A stretch of DNA of 64,000 nt from Antedon mediterranea (taxonomy: Eukaryota > Animalia > Echinodermata), in NCBI RefSeq assembly GCF_964355755.1, contig NC_092672.1, positions 19,295,237 to 19,359,236 on the forward strand, read 5' to 3'. Of the stretch, positions 1 to 12,723 are shown piece after piece. How positions within the stretch are numbered: position 1 is the stretch's first letter; each line of letters starts with the position of its first letter. A program made the position numbers and the translations under genes. Below the pieces are notes generated by a model that saw only the letters and a program-made list of their open reading frames with translations, ran no database searches and was not told the origin of the DNA.

Positions 1-180
1 TTAATGTAATTTACCAAGGCATTGATTGGTCTTCTTGGTTGTATTCTAACCTTCCAGTTCATTTGTATTGTTTACAATAACTCAACAGTCTCACAATAGA
101 TTGTAAATCAATTAAATGTAATTCACCAAGGCATTGATTGATCTTCTTGGTTTTATTCTTACTTTCCAACTCATGCTAGT
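1..180. repeat. Diverged ~113-bp tandem duplication
   Basis: ttaatgtaatttaccaaggcattgattggtcttcttggtt (1-40) recurs as taaatgtaattcaccaaggcattgattgatcttcttggtt at ~113-152. Confidence 0.7.
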
Positions 181-1501
181 AGACTGAAAACAAATACACA
201 GTTGTGTGCACAATTTAAAAGTTAAATATGAGCACCTGCAATACCATAAGTTACAATTTACAACGTTCATATGAATTCGTTAAAATATTGGTATGTTGCA
301 ACTTGAATTGGATAAATCATATCAACAATTATGGCGGCAGTACACAACCACATTGATGGATTGGAAGTTGAAGGATTTTTAGATTTACAATTGCAACCAA
401 TCAAACTGTACAACAGTATGTTTGTAAATATCATTTGTTTTGTATATCCTTGTTGTCCTTTATTATTAGTATAATACAGAATATGTGCATTTCCAGTTTC
501 AAACTTATTAACATTCACTTGGAAACAAAATAATGTATACATTATAAAGTGTCGATCATTTAATCATAATTAAGTATAAATGTTAGTTACAATAAGAATA
601 TTCTGCAATTTTAACGCCACTTTGTAAACTTTTTTTTTAAATTTAATTTGTTTACTGCCATATAATTAAGTTTAGTTTTTAGATGTTTGTTTTACTTTTT
701 TTTCTGAATAAAGAAACCTTTATATTAAATCAAACCTTTATTATATCAAAAGAAACTAACTAACTTACTAGATAGAAAATGAAAACCATTTATTCTACGA
801 TTCTACAATATTTTATGAGAGACCGTATTATATAGGAATCAGTTTATAAAATGTAGTGTTTAACTATCTGTCGGTTATTTTGTACTCCAAAGCAGATGTA
901 TTTTGTGATGTAGTTAAATATCTATGGACGTTTTATTACGAAAGGAAAATTATAAAACACATTTTAAATATTTTTATATCACTATTTTGAATTTAAAGTA
1001 TCTAATTTACAGTACTAAATTGTTTATATTTGTATGATAAAATATTATAAATGAATAAAAGCGGGATGATATTTCCATGAAATATTTTTGAATACCGTGA
1101 TAATAATTTGTATATTTTGAGCTTAATTCATTTTAAATCTGTGTCGTTGTAAGAAGAGAACACCTCAAGTATTGCATCCGCGTCTCTTTGGTTGCCGTTT
1201 AAATATCACGTCATCGTTCATCATCATTGCCGTTCGTGTTCATTATCATTGTAACTATCGTCATTATTATCAAATCATTTGTCACCATCATTCGAAACTG
1301 CATATTAAAATGCAACATATTTTTTCGGAATTCTGTGGAGCAATTTGTACGAATGCGTGTCTTTAAATTATCTCTAGACTTCAAAAGTACATAATTAAAT
1401 GCACCGTGCAGGAATCAGTAACTTCCAGAAAGAGATCCAAATACTTTGAGGAACTCTAAGCACGCCGAAAAAAAACAACTCATCATGGTGAAGTGAACAT
1501 G

Positions 1502-1610
1502 AACAAGGCCAACAGCCATAAGTCGCGTGCTAAAACGCATAGTGATACCGGACCGACAGACCGACCGACCGACATAGTGAACTATAGAGTCGCGTCCACG
1601 CGACTAAAAA
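1502..1610. mobile_element. Short non-autonomous Helentron/DINE-like element
   Basis: Subterminal inverted motif AGTCGCGTG...CACGCGACT, (GACC/GACA)n microsatellite and terminal hairpin agtcgcgtccacgcgact followed by an A-run. Same ends as 27681-30239. Confidence 0.65.
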
Positions 1611-1890
1611 TAGTAGGCAAACATCATGAGTAAAAAAAGGTCACGATAACTGGTGTGTAATACAAAATTGCTCAGTTGACCATAAATACAATAATATGAT
1701 AATACGTCATAATCATCGTAACCAACAACATTAAATAGTTAGATTATTCCTCATGAATGTTATAAATAATAAACTGGATGAAGCTACTCTAAATAAATAT
1801 AAAGTTTAGATAGGAGTTAAACGCTTAATGATGAGACCAGTGAGTTTGCAGAATTTGATAATTACCAACTTAATACAAAAAATAGAAAGA

Positions 1891-2072
1891 CAAAAAGGAG
1901 GTGGTCTATATTGACAACGGAACTATTATGTGAGACACTTACCAACCACAACAAAAGGAGGTGGTCTATATTGCCAACGGAACTATTATGTGAGACACTT
2001 ACCGACCACAACAAAAGGAGGGGGTCTATATTGCCAACGGAACTATTATGTGAGACACTTACCGACCACAAC
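1891..2072. repeat. 60-bp tandem repeat, 3 copies
   Basis: caaaaggaggtggtctatattgccaacggaactattatgtgagacacttaccgaccaca repeats on consecutive 60-nt lines. Confidence 0.95.
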
Positions 2073-2559
2073 AACTGCCCTTTTGAATGCCGTTTGATTA
2101 AAGTTACATTACCAAAAATGTGCAAACTCTTTAGCACCAATCGGTCGAACCATCACAACTTTATTCTTATCTGCTCGACGAATGAGATAAACACTAAGAT
2201 CACAATGAAGACACAGTTCTACGAGAGTTCGTCAGTTAGATCTTTCGGCCAATGTATACAATGGAGATGATCCTTTTCTCTCGGATGGTAATGTAAATGC
2301 CAAAACTAATTTATATAATTCAATTATGCATGATACTTACAATGGGCATTTCCCAGTGATTTCTAGCAGTAAGCGGGTTACAAATAAAACTGACGCACAA
2401 CATAAGAAAATTAGTTAATTAATTAAGTTGCTAAATTTAATTTAAGATAAATTTAAAAAACTGATCAATTAATTAAATGTGCTTAGACCTATCTCGCTCT
2501 CTCCATTTTTGTTTGAATATTTCATTTTTCAATGGATTCTCTAGAATAACAGTGACGGA

Positions 2560-2950
2560 TAAGAGGCAATAGCTGCAAGCAGAGCTCGACAACTTTCCAT
2601 CTTATCAGCGTCATTGACTAATCCTGAAGGGTTTTAAGAGAGATAGCTTTGATGCAAATAGTTGTGTTCATCGTGTAGGTCACTCTGTATGTATCAATAG
2701 GTTAATTGAGCTTAGGATTTGGTCGTCAATGGCACATCATGAATACTCGATTTGCGGGAGTGGTCTCTGATACATACCAATTAACTGTGGAGTACCTCAT
2801 GGTAGCCTACTTTAATAGCACCCACCCTTTTCCTGGTGTTATTCAATGATGCACTCATTGTGTGCTGTGGAGGTTACAGTTACTTAAACAAGTGGTGCAA
2901 TGTAACTGGTAATATGACACCGAAACTATCTAAATGTAAGGTGATGTCGT
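2560..2950 (+). pseudogene. Decayed non-LTR retrotransposon RT fragment
   Basis: Around 2782-2852 reads LTCGVPHGSL..PTLFLVLFNDA across frameshifts, matching the LINE RT motif GVPQGSxLGPxLFxxxIND. Confidence 0.55.
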
Positions 2951-3234
2951 TACAACTATTAAGATGTTATTAAATTTGAAGTAAAAATGATTCAGTATTA
3001 AAGGTGTTGAAAATAATTACTCGATATTGTTATTCATAATAATTTAAAATGTGATACGAATACTGAGGAGATTGTTTCAAGAGATCTGAGTTTGAAAATG
3101 ATATATTGATAGATCTATTTATTGAACAAACAGTAGAAGGCCTAATAAAAAAAAGATGTGTGGGAATTGTATGTAGTTGAAACCGAAACACGACATAAAC
3201 GCCCTGGTACAATATTGTGTGTATGCATTTGACG

Positions 3235-3375
3235 GAGCGTTATTTGAGGGAAAATGCCCCGGGGCATTTATTATTTGAGGAGGTGGAAGGGTGGGCGTTT
3301 ATTTCAAATGATGTTTTATGAAGAGGACGCGGCGCGTCATTCAAAGCGGGGGCGTTTATTCGAATAAATACGGTA
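3235..3375. mobile_element. MITE terminus remnant (Tc1/pogo-like)
   Basis: Reiterated GGGGCGTTTATT motifs ending in ...attcgaataaatacgg-TA; partner end not found. Confidence 0.4.
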
Positions 3376-4779
3376 GGTTATTAGTTTTAATAAGTTAATC
3401 ACTTCCGTAAAAAAACGACAAATGACAAAATAAAATGGTTAAATTCTCTCAAAAACCCATTTACTTGTAGCAATTTGACTCTTTTTAAAATTACAGTTTT
3501 TCACGTAAATTCAATTTTTGTCAAAGTGGATAACTATTAATGTGACATTAAAATGGCATCTGTAATTAACGTGGCCAAAATTACATTTCGATGATTATGT
3601 TGACACCTTAAATAATGAACAAAATATATATTGCGATATTAATTTGATTAAAAAATCAGGATTAGGATATGACATTAAACAAACTTAAAAAAAACGTTAT
3701 CACCACTTAATACGAAACGATCTGGGAAGACAACTTTAGCTTATGGTTGTAAAAGATATCTCTGATTATTTGATGATAAATAGATGATTATTGATGATGT
3801 ATGAATTATTTGATCACAGTCATTCCAAATTACATCTTTCTTGCGGCTTTTAGTTAATAGATTATAATGATTAAGACATGGTTTGTTCTTCCAGGCCTAA
3901 AAGCTGTCGATTGCTTGATGATCGATTGATGAATAGGGTCACATCCCTACCATAGGCCTAGGTCTGCAATATTTATTACACAATAGTATATCCTGACTTG
4001 CAATGATCTCAACCATGATCCTGTTTTAGAATGATTTTTTGTTGTTGAAATTAGATAAATTCGTATTATTAGGCCTACTTTTTAAATTTATTAACATCAC
4101 GTCATTTCAGTAATTTCCCAGGGACGTCTTCTTAAAAGATTCCAGGCTCTTTAGACTTAGACCAAAGAATATATATCACAAGAATGAGTATTCCGCGATT
4201 TTTGCATGAGAAATTTGTAACAGAGAGCTCCAGAGAGAGTAATGTATACATACTAAATAAGACTTGATTTAATAGATTATACATGTCACATTAAATAGAA
4301 TTATGATAATATATTTTGCAATTGTAAACTATTTTATAATACATATTTATTAACAAACTAGTGTACATTCACTTTTACAGACAATTATTTACTACTACTA
4401 CTACTACTACTACTGCGTCGAGCTTGCTCGGATTCTTTTGACTACTTCTTTCCAGCCATTATTTACTAACATGCTAAATTAGTTCACAAAAAAGGCCTAA
4501 CACAGCAATAGGTGGTCCAGCCTTTGATTAGTGAAACCGTCACAAAAAGTTGTATACATCCCAGATACATCCTCACTCATGGCGGCGCCCTACCACATGG
4601 ACAAGGAAAATCGCGGATTACTCATTCTTGTGAGTCGTCGGTAGAGGTCGCACACGTGTGTGTACTACCATGGAGCATAGAGATAATATCTCTATGCATG
4701 GAGTAAAGAATAAGGGTACTACATGTGGTGGCACAAAAAAGTTTTCAGGAATCATGACTGTTGACATATTTTGAACTTT

Positions 4780-4938
4780 AGTTCCCGGTAATATTTTACA
4801 TATTTTATGGTAAAGTTAAGCTATCAGTGACTTTTGTAAAGGATAACAATAGGCATTCTGGACCTTTCCTGAAAAAATTAGCTTGTTACCAGAAATGTCC
4901 GGGTCTGCCTATACTTATGAACTAATGCTCTTGGACTA
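4780..4938. mobile_element. DNA-transposon terminus (Academ-like TAGTCC end), orphan copy
   Basis: ctggacctttcctgaaaaaattagcttgttaccagaaatgtccgggtc...ctaatgctcttggacta is near-identical to 7666-7735. The reverse complement begins TAGTCC. Confidence 0.45.
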
Positions 4939-5469
4939 TTAATAATTATTAGATAGTAGGCTATTTATATTTCGTGTAATAAAATATTTTATCTCAAAAT
5001 GACCAGAAGTGAGGTTATTGACCTCTTACTGACCTATTCAAATATCTTTTACCGTATCTCAAGAAATATTTACCGTATAACGTTACTTTTGGTGTCAAAT
5101 TGTTTGGAACATATACATTTCTATTTAGTCTAATACAAAAGTTTGCCCTAAAATGCTCGGAAGTAAGTTAAATTATTGAACATTTTAAAAATCAAAGAGC
5201 TGCATAGGCAGAGTATATGAATACTGTAGATAAAATCAAAAACAAAATTTTAACTCTGCCTTAAAACATGTTTTTGGCGTAGCACATCATCAGGTAAAGT
5301 GAATTGTTACAAAAAGAAAATATAAAGTCAATAAATTACAAAGAACAACTGTCAGTGGCTAATCAAAGTTGGTTAAGTAAACAAAAGACAATTGGAAAAT
5401 ACCTATGTACATGGCACATATCCGGATTGTCAAAAACAAATGTCGAAGACCCTTTATCTGCAATACGAT

Positions 5470-5910
5470 GTCGGTTGGTAAACACTAACTCATATTCATA
5501 TTTTTTCGTTATTTTTACACTGGATGTTAATACTTGGAGGCAAATATAAATGTTTTTAAACATTTTTCAAAATTTTTTAACATTTTCAGCAATTTCGGTC
5601 GGTTGGTCAGTTAGTAAACACTAACTCATATTCATATTTTCCCGTTATTTTGACACTCGATATTAATACTTGGAGGCAAATATAAATGTTTTTAAACATT
5701 TTTCAACATTTTTAAACATTTTCAGCAATTTCGGTTAGTCGGTCGGTCGGTAAAGACTAACTCATATTCATATTATTTTTTCGTTATTTTGACAGTGGAT
5801 ATTAATACTTGGAGGAAAATATACATGTTTTAAAAATTTTATCAACATTTTCACCAATTTCGGTCGGTTGGTCGGTCGGTAGGTTGGTCGGTAGGTCAGT
5901 AAACAATAAC
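5470..5910. repeat. ~135-bp tandem repeat (3+ copies) with (GGTC)n tracts
   Basis: cactaactcatattcatatttt...ttaatacttggaggcaaatataaatgtttttaaacattttt repeats near 5483, 5619 and 5757. Confidence 0.85.
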
Positions 5911-6139
5911 TCAAATTTGCACACGCGCATGCAGCCATGTATATGGACTGACTTATTAAAAATAATGCATTTTGAAACATTCCTTGTTTTAAATGTTCGT
6001 TATATGGTTTATTTATGATAAAAAGTGAATGTACCCTAGGTATTTCGCATCAAACACCCTTTACCAAGCATGCATAGACTTTTTTTTCAGATTCAGATTT
6101 TATTTGGTACTTGTGGAAATCCATGAAAAAATAGATTGA

Positions 6140-6204
6140 ATGACACAGGCAATGATCCCAGTACCTCTACTAAGTGAGCGCTCTACCATTTGAGCTAGTC
6201 CCCC
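6140..6204 (-). pseudogene. tRNA-Ala(AGC)-derived pseudogene or SINE head
   Basis: Minus strand GGGGGACTAGCTCAAATGGTAGAGCGCTCACTTAG-TAGAGGTACTGGGATCATTGCC matches the metazoan tRNA-Ala 5' half. The anticodon arm is partly deleted and the acceptor stem is degenerate. Confidence 0.7.
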
Positions 6205-7837
6205 AGTTACAATTATCGCCATTTGCCCTATATATATATATTTATTATATATTGAAAATAATGCAAAATACGGGTCTTTAAATCTCTGTAACATTGATCA
6301 GCAGCATTCTGTTACAGTCATTCATCATCTGATGTTGCAACTTCAACATCTTGGTGTTTGTTGCTTTTTTCACATCATTATCATGTTCATCTGTAGGTGT
6401 TGTTGCATGTTTGCCCAAAACAGTTATGACGTTAATTTGTTTTCATCTTTAAACAGTTAAAAGGTTAAAGTCTAGGCTTGCCAGTTAGAGAACATTCAAG
6501 AGTGCATTCTCTTTTAAAACAAGGAATGACCTGGTTTCATGTTTTAAAATACATTATTTTTACAAATAAAATGGTCTTTACATTTGTTTCTGACAATCCT
6601 GAGTATAATATATGTCATGTACATACTGTAGTGTTTGCCAATTGGGAATTTTCATGCGAAATGTATATGACCTGAACATTTCATTTTCACAGTATCATAA
6701 AGTCTATACATTTCCTAAATTACATAAAAGTTATACTTTTATGAACAAAAATAATAAAATAACAAAAACAACGACGTGATTTCAACAAAGCACTAATTCG
6801 CGTATGTAATGCGAGTTAAAGACGAATAAAGCATTTAAAATGTATTCATGACATCTACATATGGGTGATATTTTGTAGCAATAACATTTCAACCATAACT
6901 ATTATGAGAATTTACGTTTCCCTGTTTTTAGGTCATGTCCATTTTTTGTAACAAGTGTTACCGATATTCTTTGTTCTATCAAAGTAAAATTTACCCTCAA
7001 GGTTATTGTTGAAAACAACAAAACACTCTTCAACTACCCAATAAAATGTAACGCTTGTTGTGGAATAACCCATTTTTTTTTTTTGATTAACCAACTTAGT
7101 TATTGACTATGCAGCTCTTTGATTTGTTTAATTTTCAATAATTTAACTTACTTTCGAGTATTTTAGGGCAAAATGTTGTATTAGACTAAATAGAAATGTA
7201 TATGTTACAAACAATTTGACACCAAAAGTAACACTATACGATAAATATTTCTTGAGATACGGTAAAAGATATATGAATAGGTCAATAAGAGGTCAATAAC
7301 CTCACTTCCAGTCATTTTGGGATAAAATATTTCATTACACCAAATAAAAATATGCATGTTCTGAACAATTTGGGCCTAATCCCAATTTTCTATGATAAGC
7401 CATTACCGAGATATGATAAGACCAGGTCAAAGGTCAAACTGCCAGAAACTGCAGTAGCGACCATTTTTTGACAACATTTTCTTTTAGAGTAAATAGGAAT
7501 GTATATATCGTGAACTATTTGACACCAAAATCAATACGCTACGACAAGCGGTTACAAAGTTATAGACTAATTAAAATGGCAGCCATTTTGGACGCCATCT
7601 TGAATTTCTCGGAGAGCACAAGGAGGATTTTTCAGGACTTTTAGTATGATGTTCCAATCATAGTTCTGGACCTTTCCTGAAAAAATTAGCTTGTTACCAG
7701 AAATGTCCGGGTCAAACCCTAATGCTCTTGGACTATAAGCTAATAAGACAAGAATGATTTTAGCCTTAGGCTACTATAGTAAGCTGTGTAGTAAGTACTG
7801 TATGTGGGCTAAAGTTAAGCCCCCGATCCGGCCTCAC

Positions 7838-7966
7838 TGTTGTATATAATAAATTATAATGCAAAGTAAGGGCTCTAAACACAGCGTGTACAACTCAACA
7901 TTTATTCAGAGGAGAGAGAACAATTATGGCACGCCAAAGGCGTCGTTACAACATGCATATATAACA
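7838..7966 (-). repeat. 3' LTR of outer Gypsy
   Basis: Matches 19307-19435 except gtaagggc/gtaagagc; adjacent PPT GGTAGGGAGGATG on the minus strand (7967-7979). Confidence 0.95.
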
Positions 7967-8135
7967 CATCCTCCCTACCATTTTAAGAATAGTAAAGACT
8001 AGATTCTAGAGTTCTGTACTGTTCTGTAATCATTCGTAATTATAATGTTTCAATCAAAGTTTTCTGTATAATATCTTTCAATGCAATAATGAATAATAAA
8101 GTTCAACTAAAATCAACTTCTTGTTTCATGTCTAT

Positions 8136-8870
8136 TTACAAGTCTAGTCTCTTTGGTGGGCGAATATTATTTCTTTTTGGATATCGACGTATGGGTGCAG
8201 TTTCTTGTGTAAGAGATGCGCTGCCAGTTGTAACAGGTGTGTCGGTGTTAACATTTCGAGTAAGGTTATCTGATTGTGGAGCGTCTGTTGGATTTAGTAT
8301 TTCTGGAACATGGTCATCCTGGGTGAATATTTCTGTAGGAGTGACATTCACCATAGTTGGGTGTAGTTGATCAGCATGACGCCTCCATACTGTTCCAAGT
8401 CCTGTGTCAACTGTGTAAGATAGTGGACCAGTTTTTCCTTGTATTTGAGCTGGTATCCATTTCTGGTTTGTGTTACGATAATCACGGACCATTACTGATT
8501 GTCCGGGTTGAAACTCTCGGATACTGGTTCCACAATGTTTTGCAAACTTCATACGATCTTGACCTTTCAAGACAGTAGCTGTTAGATCCGGTTTCAAAAG
8601 ATCCAAACGCGTTCGTAGATTGCGTCCGTAGAGTAATTTTGCAGGTGTTTCCTTGGTAAGTGTATGAGGAGTTGTTCTGTACTTAAACAGAAATGTACTC
8701 AGATGTTGCTGTAATGAACGACAACTGTTTCCTCTTGCTTGCTTAATGGCCAATTTAAACGTTTGCACAAATCTCTCTGCTAGGCCATTTGTTCTAGGGT
8801 GATATGGGGATGATGTGGTATGTCGAATACCATTTGCTTTCATGAAATCTGTAAATTCCTCCGACTTAAA
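8136..8870 (-). pseudogene. Gypsy integrase, C-terminal half
   Basis: FKSEEF..MKANGIRHTTSSPYHPRTNGLAERFVQTFK..GPLSYTV..WRRHADQL continues SDNGPQ from the other side of the LINE. Confidence 0.92.
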
Positions 8871-9707
8871 TTTTTATTTTTTTTTTTTTTTTATTTATTC
8901 TGGTATAAAACTTACAACAAGTAGCCGCAAGGCTAAAAACGTTGCAATTACAAAATTACTATACAAAACTTACATAACAATAAAAAGGATGTAAAAAATG
9001 AAATAACAACAATATCACTCTGACTCTTTGGCTCATGAACTATTGTTTAGCAAATTGATTATTGTAGGGATTGGTGAATTTTTAAATCTTTCGGTTCTCG
9101 GTTTGTATTGTTGATATTTGACCTTGCCGTTGCTTCGGAGAACACGAGGAATACTACGGATAGGGGGGAGCAAATAACTGAACTTGTCCGAATTCGACAT
9201 CTTCTTGCCAAAAGTCAGTACAAGATTATCACGCCTGACTTTTAGCAAAGGTAAATTTAAAAATTCTAAAGCTAATTCATATGAAATGTAATTAAGGCCA
9301 AGAATAATTTTTAGGGCCCTTTTTTGAACCCTTTCGATAAGTTGGGTATGAAATTGTGTAATGGCACCATGCCATACAGGGCAGGCGTACTCCAATATAG
9401 GCCGAATGTAACTCAAATAAATACATTTCATATCGTCAACTGGGGCATTAGCCCTACGTAAAATACAGAGTGTAAATAACCTACGGGAAGCCTTTGTAAT
9501 TATTTCATTAACATGTAAATTCCACCTCAAGTCGTCTTGGATAAAAACTCCTAATAGCTTAATATGCTTCACAACCTGGAGTTCAGTGCCACTAAGAGAG
9601 AAGCTAGGAGGCGGTAACTCCCTTAACAAAAAATTAATTCTCATTATACTACATTTCTTGGGATTGGGGATCATATTGTTAACTTGGCACCCTGTATGGC
9701 ATGGTGC
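8871..9707 (-). mobile_element. 5'-truncated LINE (CR1-group-like) inserted in the integrase gene
   Basis: ORF 9033-9674 carries RT C-terminal motifs (KLLGVFIQDDLRWNLHV, IRPILEYACPVW, IERVQKRALKII). A-rich tail at 8871-8897; no TSD. Confidence 0.92.
9033..9689 (-). CDS. LINE ORF2 C-terminal fragment
   Basis: Open frame with CR1/L2-type post-RT motifs, starting CQVNNMIPNPKKC at the truncation point. Confidence 0.85.
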   Translation of the reverse strand, partial: CQVNNMIPNPKKCSIMRINFLLRELPPPSFSLSGTELQVVKHIKLLGVFIQDDLRWNLHVNEIITKASRRLFTLCILRRANAPVDDMKCIYLSYIRPILEYACPVWHGAITQFHTQLIERVQKRALKIILGLNYISYELALEFLNLPLLKVRRDNLVLTFGKKMSNSDKFSYLLPPIRSIPRVLRSNGKVKYQQYKPRTERFKNSPIPTIINLLNNSS

Positions 9708-10211
9708 TGAGGACCGTTGTCCGATACAATTTGTCTGGGAATACCATATTGGCTAAACATAATTCGCAATTTCTCAATAGTCAGTTGTGCTGTAGTAGAT
9801 CTCATTGGATAAACTTCTGGCCATTTGCTATGGGCGTCAACAACAATTAAAAACATAGAGTTCATGAATGGCCCTGCAAAATCTATATGTAAGCGATCCC
9901 ATGGGGCAGATGGCCACTCCCAAGGGTGTACTGGTGCGGATTTTGGCATTTTGCTTGTTTGCTGGCAACCGATACAAGATTTACAAACTTGTTCAGTTTC
10001 GCAATCAATGTTAGGCCACCAGATGTAAGAGCGAGCTAAGTTTTTCATCTTAACAATCCCAATGTGTCCATCATGTATTTCATTAAGAATAGCAGCACGA
10101 AGTCTATCTGGAATTAGTACTCGATTTCCCCACATTAAACACCCTTGATGGCAAGTAAGTTCTGTAAGACGGCGCTTGTAGGGTGTGTACGCTTCTTTGT
10201 CAGGAAGTTTG
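9708..10211 (-). pseudogene. Gypsy integrase zinc finger and N-terminal core
   Basis: IHDGHIGIVKMK..C..C, WDRLHIDFAGP, IVSDNGPQ. Confidence 0.92.
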
Positions 10212-10868
10212 TTAGTCCCTTTTAAAATTATCTAATACGTGTGACAGAATCTGATCTTTCTGTGTTTCTTTCCGTATTTCTGTACTTGATATCGGCAACC
10301 TTTCAATCTGGGAGGTGTAGAATGTAGATGCCTCATCAACGTAATCAATCACATCTGTAGGTATAGGCAATCTACTCAATCCATCAGCATTCCCATGAGC
10401 GTGCGTGTTGCGATATTCGATATCATATGTATGTCCAGATAGGTAAAGGGCATATCTTTGTAGTCTTGCAGCAGTCATTGCTGGAATTGACTTTTGTGGA
10501 TGCAAGATGCTTACTAGCGGCTTATGATCTGTAACCAAAGTAAAATGTCGGCCATGCAGGTAAGTATGAAACTTTTGTATTCCCCAATAAAGTCCTAATG
10601 CTTCCTTATCTATTTGGGCATAGCCCTTTTCAGCTTTTGTTAAGGAGCGAGAAGCAAATGCAATTGGTCTTTCCTTTCCGTCTGGCATAATATGTGAAAG
10701 AACGCTACCAAGGCCGTATGGCGATGCATCACAGGCTAGTTTAACTGTTAGTTCAGGATTATAGTTGCATAGAACTTGGTCTGAAGTTATAAGTTCTTTG
10801 ACCGCTTTAAAAGCTTCATCACATGAATTTGTCCATTTCCAAGTTTTTTTCATTTTGTAAGAGTTCAT
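10212..10868 (-). pseudogene. Gypsy RNase H, frameshifted relative to RT
   Basis: LACDASPYGLG, IAFASRSL, DKEALG, TDHKPL, NADGLSRLP; the frameshift lies in the T-run near 10844-10850. Confidence 0.93.
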
Positions 10869-12411
10869 TCAGGGGTGCGACTATGGACGATAAGTTTGGC
10901 AAAAACCTACGATAGTAATTTATTAAACCCAAGAATGATCGCATTTTCTGTTTGTTGTCAGGTTTTGGCGCATTGATAACTGCATGTATCTTGTCAGGGG
11001 ATTTCTGTAACCCTTTTTCAGTTATCACATGACCACAGTATGTGATGTCTTCTTTGAAAAACTCACATTTCTCACGATTTACTCTTAGGTTGTATTTCTC
11101 TAATCTCTCTAAAACTGTGTCCAAGTTTTTTAAGTGTTCCTCAGTTGTTTTTCCGCTGATGATCATATCATCCAATATGCAAGATGTAAAGGGTACATTT
11201 TGCAGTACCTGGTCCATCGCTCTTTGCCAGATTGCAGGAGCTGAGGCTACACCAAATGGAAGTCGGTTATATCTAAATAACCCTTTATGCGTATTAATAG
11301 TTAACAGTTCCTTTGAAGTGTCGTCTACTTCCATCTGTAAATATGCTTGTTTAAGGTCAATTTTTGTAAATTTCTGACCTCCTGCTAGAGATGCAAAGAT
11401 ATCTTCTATTTTAGGTAATGGGTACTGTTCTACTTTCATCACAGGATTAATTGTAACTTTAAAGTCACCACAGATTCTAACTTGCCCTGACTTCTTCTGT
11501 ACAGGTACAATGGGAGCTGCCCATTCGCTGTATTTCACAGGGCTAATAATCTCTTGATTTTGTAGTCGTCCAAGCTCTTTTTCGACCTTGTCCCTCATTG
11601 AATATGGGACATTTCTTGGCTTGTGGAACTGTGGTTTGCTGTTTTCAGTTATGTAGATACTAGCTTTAATATTCTCCAGTTTCCCCAATTCATCTTTAAA
11701 AACAGCTTTATGTTTCTCTAAAATTTCATCCAGACCTTTAGTTGTTGCTTTTGCCTCATCAATGGCTTTTATTTCATGCCAATCTAATTTAAACTTCTTT
11801 AGCCAATCACGTCCGAATAAGGCTGGTCCGTTCAATGGAACGACCAATAACTCTGCAAGTTCTTCATGATTGTTAAGACACACTTTAGTATTTAGCATGC
11901 CTATTGGTACAATAGTCTCACCAGAATATGTTTTCAACCTAATTGTAGTTTTCTGTAATGGTAACGACTGGAATGCTTTCTTGTAGGTCAACTCTGGAAT
12001 CAGTGATACTGATGATCCAGTGTCCAATTCCATAGGGATTTTCTTTCCATTTATAGATGCAACCACTATAATTGGCTCCACTTTTGACTTATGATTTGCA
12101 TATAGCATAGGTTCATAGTTGACTTCCTCTCCCTGTACATACTGTACATTCTTTTTAAGGTTACCAGTGTTAGGCTTTGACACATTATTGTCTTTCTTTT
12201 TCTTCATGCATACTTTTTCTAGATGTCCTTCCTTGGAACAGTAATTGCAAACAGTATGTATGTGCCTGCAGTGATCAGCTTTATGGCCTGTATTACCACA
12301 TCTGTAACAGTGTGTAGATGCTTTACTTTGTTTATGACCTTGGTGTCTTTTAGATTGGTAATTTTTTGTAGTAAACTTATTTACATTGCTCTCACCTGTA
12401 GTATTTGGTGT
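10819..12411 (-). pseudogene. Gypsy gag zinc knuckles + protease + RT
   Basis: CYRCGNTGHKADHC, CNYCSKEGHLEKVC, MELDTGSS, RICGDFK, RLPFGVASAP, CILDDMII. Confidence 0.95.
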
Positions 12412-12708
12412 TGTTGTGAACGGCGCCCGCTGGGTAAACAGACCACCCCGCCGACCGAACGAGGGCGTCGCCCCGATAGCTTGATTTGCATACAGGGGTA
12501 TGCAAATGTTAACGTGGGACCTCGACGCCGCCCGAGCTGGTCTATTCGAAGCAGGAACCAAGGAGAAACGGACGCAACCGGAATTGACCAATATATTTGG
12601 ATTTACTGCTTACGGATACTTGTGTGATTTAGGACAGGCGGGACTGTTAAGGTAAGCCTAGTAGCTTTCATTATCAGGCCATTTCAGCAACGACCTAAAA
12701 TCACAACA
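12412..12708 (+). repeat. 5' LTR (297 bp) of nested element
   Basis: 12491-12708 is near-identical to 18529-18747 and is followed by the PBS. Confidence 0.92.
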
Positions 12709-12709
12709 T

Positions 12710-12723
12710 TGGCGCTGCGAGCA
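12710..12723 (+). promoter_or_regulatory. Primer-binding site (tRNA-Ser-like)
   Basis: TGGCGCTGCGAGCA begins 1 nt after the LTR end. Confidence 0.8.

Larger units (their letters stand above)
4960..7735. mobile_element. Degenerate TIR element (Academ-like) with ~250-bp inverted subterminal blocks
   Basis: 4960-5207 is the reverse complement of 7108-7352; terminus ...ctcttggacta at 7735; outer left end missing. Confidence 0.5.

Noticed and set aside
12412-12591. N-terminal ~60 aa of ORF 10819-12591
   Set aside because: Chance read-through of the nested LTR antisense strand; the true upstream gag is at 18748-19300.
12223-12627. ORF sharing its C-terminus with the TatD-like ORF
   Set aside because: The identity comes from LTR duplication; its N-terminal half is antisense to the outer gag.
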